Assembly (NCBI GenBank): GCA_963772365.1
Contig: CAVYXA010000005.1
Coordinates: 192,001 to 256,000, forward strand
From: an uncultured Verrucomicrobiae bacterium
GTDB taxonomy: Bacteria; Verrucomicrobiota; Verrucomicrobiia; Chthoniobacterales; UBA10450
Length of the DNA: 64,000 bases
Direction: 5' to 3'
Below are positions 60,701-64,000 of this stretch, in pieces; position 1 is the first letter of the stretch; each line of letters opens with the position of its first letter. The notes below the pieces were generated by a model. It saw only the letters and a list, made by a program, of their open reading frames with translations. It made no database searches and had not been told where the DNA came from. The position numbers and the translations under genes were made by a program.

Positions 60701-61156
60701 GGAATCGAATGCCGCAAGAACTCGGCGACGAATGATTACACGATGGTCGTGACCTTCGCCGGCAACGTGGCTGTCACCGGTAGTCCACAGGCGCAAGTGA
60801 CATCGGGCACGGGCTGTGTGGGTAGTGGTGGTACTTGCATGGGTGGCAATAATGTCACCGTTAGCGGCGCAATCGTGACGATTCCTCTGACGAATATTGC
60901 CGATGATCAAACGATCATGGTCCAACTCAATGGGGTGAACGCGGCTGCAGATCAGCCTGCGGTGAACGTCGTGATTCCGATGACCATCATTGTGGCTGAT
61001 ACGAACGGCAGCGGCAACGTCAGCTCGGCAGACATCGCCCAAACCAAGGGCCGCATCGGCCAAGCGGTCACCAGCGCAAACTTCCGCTCGGACGTGAATG
61101 CGAGCGGCGGGATCAACTCGACCGACGTAACAATCATCAAACAGAACCTGCCTTAA
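57740..61156 (+). CDS. Large secreted protein: BNR/Asp-box propeller, two Ig-like domains, SRKTH + dockerin-like tail
   Basis: Repeated S.DGG.TF/W; two AVDPA.VQ..D domains; SRKTH...PGIECR; paired Ca-binding dockerin-like motifs. Confidence 0.88.
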   Translation: MKRKSASQFAFFNLRVLIGLCIIFVAAFVALASLGVFSATAGNIVQALGKHKIITQSDNPLVPIGFDCATIHQKGIDKQENFRAGAIMMACGESPNVGTTATSTLGPVGRFIEKILRPIAPSPQAYGAADVDVVTGTETSPHVIQSESYTAANPDNPNQVVVAYNDSRCAASSNFSALSVSTDGGTTFTRVTNGSGCSPFAGTSGDPVALYNKPSGTWFTIWIDGACGGGGMGGYKSSTPDNPNGWTHFCAHSGSGDDRESGWADNNPSSPFYGRMYMSWNDFNIGSGALEVTYSSDNGATWHSPIVVSNTATFIRDTQITGDLSGNGTIYIAGMDEGGGGFPHNDINKMYKSTDGGNTWTNTYTGPAFPGPGVTASGYFACMFNDSGAFWRHEGWGEPAAFNNVVSLVYSQHGTGADAGDVYYIRSSDGGVTFGAPFKLNSDSTTRPQWQANISVSPSGTLLATWYDGREFASCLKGNAATPCYRMWSRKSNDNGLTWQPDMALSDASSPEPGQSDGNIQPTYAGDYDYGSAITLKHTTSWTDGRVAIGGASQQDVFTDRELVGFAVTTSVPACDSLVNTQLTDFDINLSDAVDPATVQASDFTVNGIPANSFTLMNGNTLIRFHFNSSPVVLGSNAMHIAAGAFLRISDGMPNFEFSCSFCYAATALQITSTNPPVGGTFTPPAPGNYTFDVNFNQAVDPASVQTTDLMVSGNSGPSVTAVSLINGNMTVRFTLHMNFGGTLDASIGAGSITANGCNANAAFSGTYNVAGCPPQDHYTISQIGGSIVPGTTDIGNHIDDGVTTVALPFAYTLYGQVYNAVNLSSNGNAQFTTTDSAFSNVCLPWASHNYAIFPYWDDLRTDTAGSGIFTSVSGSAPNRIFNIEWRATYFSGGGSTNHELRLYEGQARFDVIYGTVSQGNASATAGVQKDTVFDQYFCNGSGAAATGGQSYILQSCEATTVLGAVSRKTHTGAGDFDINLPLTGTPGIECRKNSATNDYTMVVTFAGNVAVTGSPQAQVTSGTGCVGSGGTCMGGNNVTVSGAIVTIPLTNIADDQTIMVQLNGVNAAADQPAVNVVIPMTIIVADTNGSGNVSSADIAQTKGRIGQAVTSANFRSDVNASGGINSTDVTIIKQNLP

Positions 61157-61185
61157 CCGGGCAGGAACAAAGAAGAAAGTATTGC

Positions 61186-61221
61186 GTGCGCCCCGGCCAG
61201 TCGCCGGGGCGCACTGCTTTT
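61186..61221 (+). terminator. Intrinsic terminator-like hairpin
   Basis: GTGCGCCCCGGC-loop-GCCGGGGCGCAC then TGCTTTT. Confidence 0.75.
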
Positions 61222-61447
61222 GTCGATCTTGCCTATCAGCGATCCGTTGCAGAATGGGCTGGTCCCCTGTCGAATCGACAACGATGACCAACTGGCTTAT
61301 CTGCCCCTATTCAGAATCGACAGAAAGCACTCTTGTGCGCGCCGGGGCAAAGCTGTGATCGCCAGATCCTTGCGCGCCAAAAAGATTGACATTTTCGCAT
61401 GCCCACCGGGCGGACCTACCGCCGGGGCACATTGCTTTCTGTCGATC

Positions 61448-61915
61448 CTATGGATCCACAAAGGCGGGAGTCGTAAGGATATCGGCGGCCGTAAACTGGG
61501 GAACTCTCACATTTTCGTGCAGCGTCTTCATGAGCGCGCCGACTTTTTGCGCAGTTTGTCCAGAATAAAAGCGAACCAACCCCAGCGTGGTCCGTGAGCT
61601 AAAAACGGTAATCATGATTGTCTCGTCATCGACAGAGTTCATGAACATATGATTGCCGTTGCCTTGATGAAAAAGTGCAGTGAACTCAACCTCGCCGATT
61701 CGGCGAGCCAGCTCGCGAGTGGCCGCAAAAGCGCCGGCAGCCAGCGCTGCCATTATCGTGACATCGGTCGCGTTTACATCTCCGAACTGCGAGATCACAT
61801 TTCCACCACGATCGATCACGATCGTTAGTCGCGCTTCGGCTTTCTGCAAAAAATCGCCCAGCAGACTGTCCAGCGTGGCGACGTCTTCGATGGTCAGGAC
61901 GGGAATTGAGTTCAT
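61448..61915 (-). CDS. mglB: Roadblock/LC7 protein, MglB-like
   Basis: IDRGGNVI, AALAAGAFAATRELA..IGE.EF..LFHQG, LGLVR. Confidence 0.85.
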   Translation of the reverse strand: MNSIPVLTIEDVATLDSLLGDFLQKAEARLTIVIDRGGNVISQFGDVNATDVTIMAALAAGAFAATRELARRIGEVEFTALFHQGNGNHMFMNSVDDETIMITVFSSRTTLGLVRFYSGQTAQKVGALMKTLHENVRVPQFTAADILTTPAFVDP

Positions 61916-62586
61916 GCCGGAGTGCGTTCTTGTTTGGTAACCGAAGGCGGCTCCATCGGGATGGCCACCGCGGGCGGCGGCGTGTTCGGCAGCTCGTTTT
62001 GCTTGCTGAATTTGTGAAGGAGAATTTGCGAAACAGCGTTGAGCGCTGCGAAAACGTTCTGACCGGTGCTCGAGATCACTTCGAAGCTTTGTAAACGCTT
62101 TTTCCGATTATTGAGCGTGTACTCAAGATAGTTAACCGGCGCGATATTCGGCAGATCGCGCTTGTTGTACTCCAATACCAATGGCACGTCGTCGATCGAC
62201 ACGTTTTGAAGCGCGAGATTGTCGGCCAGATTCTTGAAGCTCTCGACGTTCTCCTCCATTTTTTCCCATTGCGAATCGGCCACGAATACAATCCCATCGG
62301 TGCTGCGCAAAACGAGTTGACGGGTGGCGTTGTAGATGACCTGACCGGGGACAGTGTAGAGTTGGAACTTCGTAACGAACCCTTTGATCACTACAGCGTT
62401 TAGCGGCAGAAAATCGAAGAACAGAGTCCGATCGGCTGCAGTGGCCAGAGAGACGAGTTCGCCACGATTTTTTGGACTGATCCGTTGATGGATATAGCCG
62501 AGATTCGTTGTCTTGCCGCACAAGGCTGGGCCGTAATAAACGATCTTAAACTGGATCTCGCGGCTGGCGTAATTAATGATCGACAT
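61912..62586 (-). CDS. mglA: Small Ras-like GTPase MglA
   Basis: KIVYYGP.LCGKTTNL, DRTLFFDF, LYTVPGQV, NKRDL. Confidence 0.93.
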   Translation of the reverse strand: MSIINYASREIQFKIVYYGPALCGKTTNLGYIHQRISPKNRGELVSLATAADRTLFFDFLPLNAVVIKGFVTKFQLYTVPGQVIYNATRQLVLRSTDGIVFVADSQWEKMEENVESFKNLADNLALQNVSIDDVPLVLEYNKRDLPNIAPVNYLEYTLNNRKKRLQSFEVISSTGQNVFAALNAVSQILLHKFSKQNELPNTPPPAVAIPMEPPSVTKQERTPA

Positions 62587-64000
62587 GAGAAAGCTCCGCT
62601 TGCGCATAGGTCTGTGAAAGTTCCTGCGTTAATTGGGAAAGTTGGGCGCGTGTTTCGCGGGTGAGATCTTCGCCATTCAAATGAAGCGCAGTAAGGCAGA
62701 TGTTGCCGTGCCGGAAAAACGTGAGGGCCTGATCTGCGCAATGCAGCGTCATGGCCATAAGTTGACCGAGGTTGCTGTCACTTACGTAAATGTCGATCCT
62801 CCCCAAGAGCGAGCCGACGACTGCGCTGATACCTTCGGTGGCAAGCTCGGCCCCGATATCGCCGGCCAGTCCTAATCCATCGGCAAAATTGATCGTGCAT
62901 CCGGCAACTCCGGGCAGCTCTCTTGCTTTGGCGGCAGCTTTTTTTGCATTCAGTTGTGCCGACTCGGATTGGCCTTCATCGGCATTGGCCTGAATCGGCC
63001 GCGGCGGACTGGTCTTCAATTTTTTTTCCGCTTTGGGCGTTGGCGCCTCAGGACTCTTCGTTTCGATCACGCTTTTTTGCTTGGAAGGTTTCTCTTGTGC
63101 CGTGATTGCCGTTTCTTCTACTGCCTTGGCCATGGCATTGAAGCGTTTGGCGTCTTCATCGGCTTGGATCGAAAATGGCGTACTAAATTTCTCTTTGAGC
63201 AGCAGCTCTTCCTGGTCGTCGCGCATTCGCAGGGCCGTTGACGGCAAACGTTTTACGATCTCCTGCAACGGTAAGGCCACGGCAGTCTCGTTAGGATCGA
63301 TGAGAAAAAGATCGCGATGAAGCTCTGGAATGGCGCGTTGAAAAACCTTTGGGGGAATCATCACTCGCCCGCTCGCCAGCTGCGGCTCGATCAATTTCAG
63401 CGGAAACGCAATCCGGACATCTTCCGGCACAAGCATGGGGCTGCCGTTCAATTGAAATGCGGGCACCTGACTCAGAACCATCTGAAGCGGGAGGACGATC
63501 TTTGGTTCGTCCTCACTTGCGCTCTTTGAACTTTGTTTACTGAAGACAGGCTCGGGGATCTCCAATGGTTCGACAGAGTCTGGCAGTTCTTTCGGTTCGA
63601 CGCCTGGGACCAGAGTAAGCTTCGGGCGAATATCGTGGCTGGGAGCATTGAATTTGAATGGAGCGCGTGCAGGCGATGGGGGTACACCCGGAGACGGGCT
63701 GGAAGTGCTGACTTCGGACTCGATTTTCTCTGATTCTACTTCTGTCTCTTTGCCGGTCTGCACCTCCGCAGTAACTGGAGGCAATTCTGTTCCTTTGGGA
63801 CTTGTCGATGCTGAAATATCGGGAATAGTTGGAACGGGCGCTCCGCTTGAGGCTGGAACTCTCTCAGAGGCGGAGGCACCCGTTCCGTTCGGTGGAAGGT
63901 GGAATGGAATTTTTTTCCGGGCTGGAGTTCGCCTAACCTGATTTTCAGTTCCTTTCCTCGAAGAGGCTGGCGGCGCGGCAGATTCGATAGTCGAACTCAG
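62573..64000 (-). CDS. Long Pro/Glu-rich protein with C-terminal roadblock-like domain (partial, start outside window)
   Basis: Frame stays open to the window edge (checked by hand); C-terminal LPGVAGC....ADGL motif. Confidence 0.7.
   Translation of the reverse strand: MSSTIESAAPPASSRKGTENQVRRTPARKKIPFHLPPNGTGASASERVPASSGAPVPTIPDISASTSPKGTELPPVTAEVQTGKETEVESEKIESEVSTSSPSPGVPPSPARAPFKFNAPSHDIRPKLTLVPGVEPKELPDSVEPLEIPEPVFSKQSSKSASEDEPKIVLPLQMVLSQVPAFQLNGSPMLVPEDVRIAFPLKLIEPQLASGRVMIPPKVFQRAIPELHRDLFLIDPNETAVALPLQEIVKRLPSTALRMRDDQEELLLKEKFSTPFSIQADEDAKRFNAMAKAVEETAITAQEKPSKQKSVIETKSPEAPTPKAEKKLKTSPPRPIQANADEGQSESAQLNAKKAAAKARELPGVAGCTINFADGLGLAGDIGAELATEGISAVVGSLLGRIDIYVSDSNLGQLMAMTLHCADQALTFFRHGNICLTALHLNGEDLTRETRAQLSQLTQELSQTYAQAELSHVDH

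Overview
A GC-rich bacterial chromosome segment. Gene style (PEP-CTERM protein, cyclase-TolB-TPR receptor, expanded dockerin-tailed secreted proteins, UBact) suggests Verrucomicrobiota, probably Chthoniobacterales/Spartobacteria; this is inferred, not database-checked. Housekeeping genes include nuoA, xerD, rho, yebC, an amidase, gap-pgk-tpiA, nuoI-N, exbBD, a GuaB3-like gene, fabF and mglAB. No rRNA, tRNA, CRISPR array or IS transposase was recognised. The main signal is a family of small cassettes at gene junctions of core operons. Two four-helix-bundle (23S IVS/Avd-like) genes and one GxxExxY nuclease-fold gene are each bracketed by inverted arms made of short tandem repeats. Gene-less ('empty') hairpins of the same design occupy other junctions, and one shares the first 19 nt of its left arm exactly with the GxxExxY cassette. 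Other points: a 58-aa UBact ubiquitin-like gene missed by the ORF track, heading a proteasome beta/alpha operon; REP-like palindromes inserted in-frame inside proteins; an SdpAB/HTTM-like secreted protein plus cyclase module; and four secreted proteins sharing an SRKxH plus dockerin-like tail. Many single-base frameshifts are probably sequencing or assembly errors.
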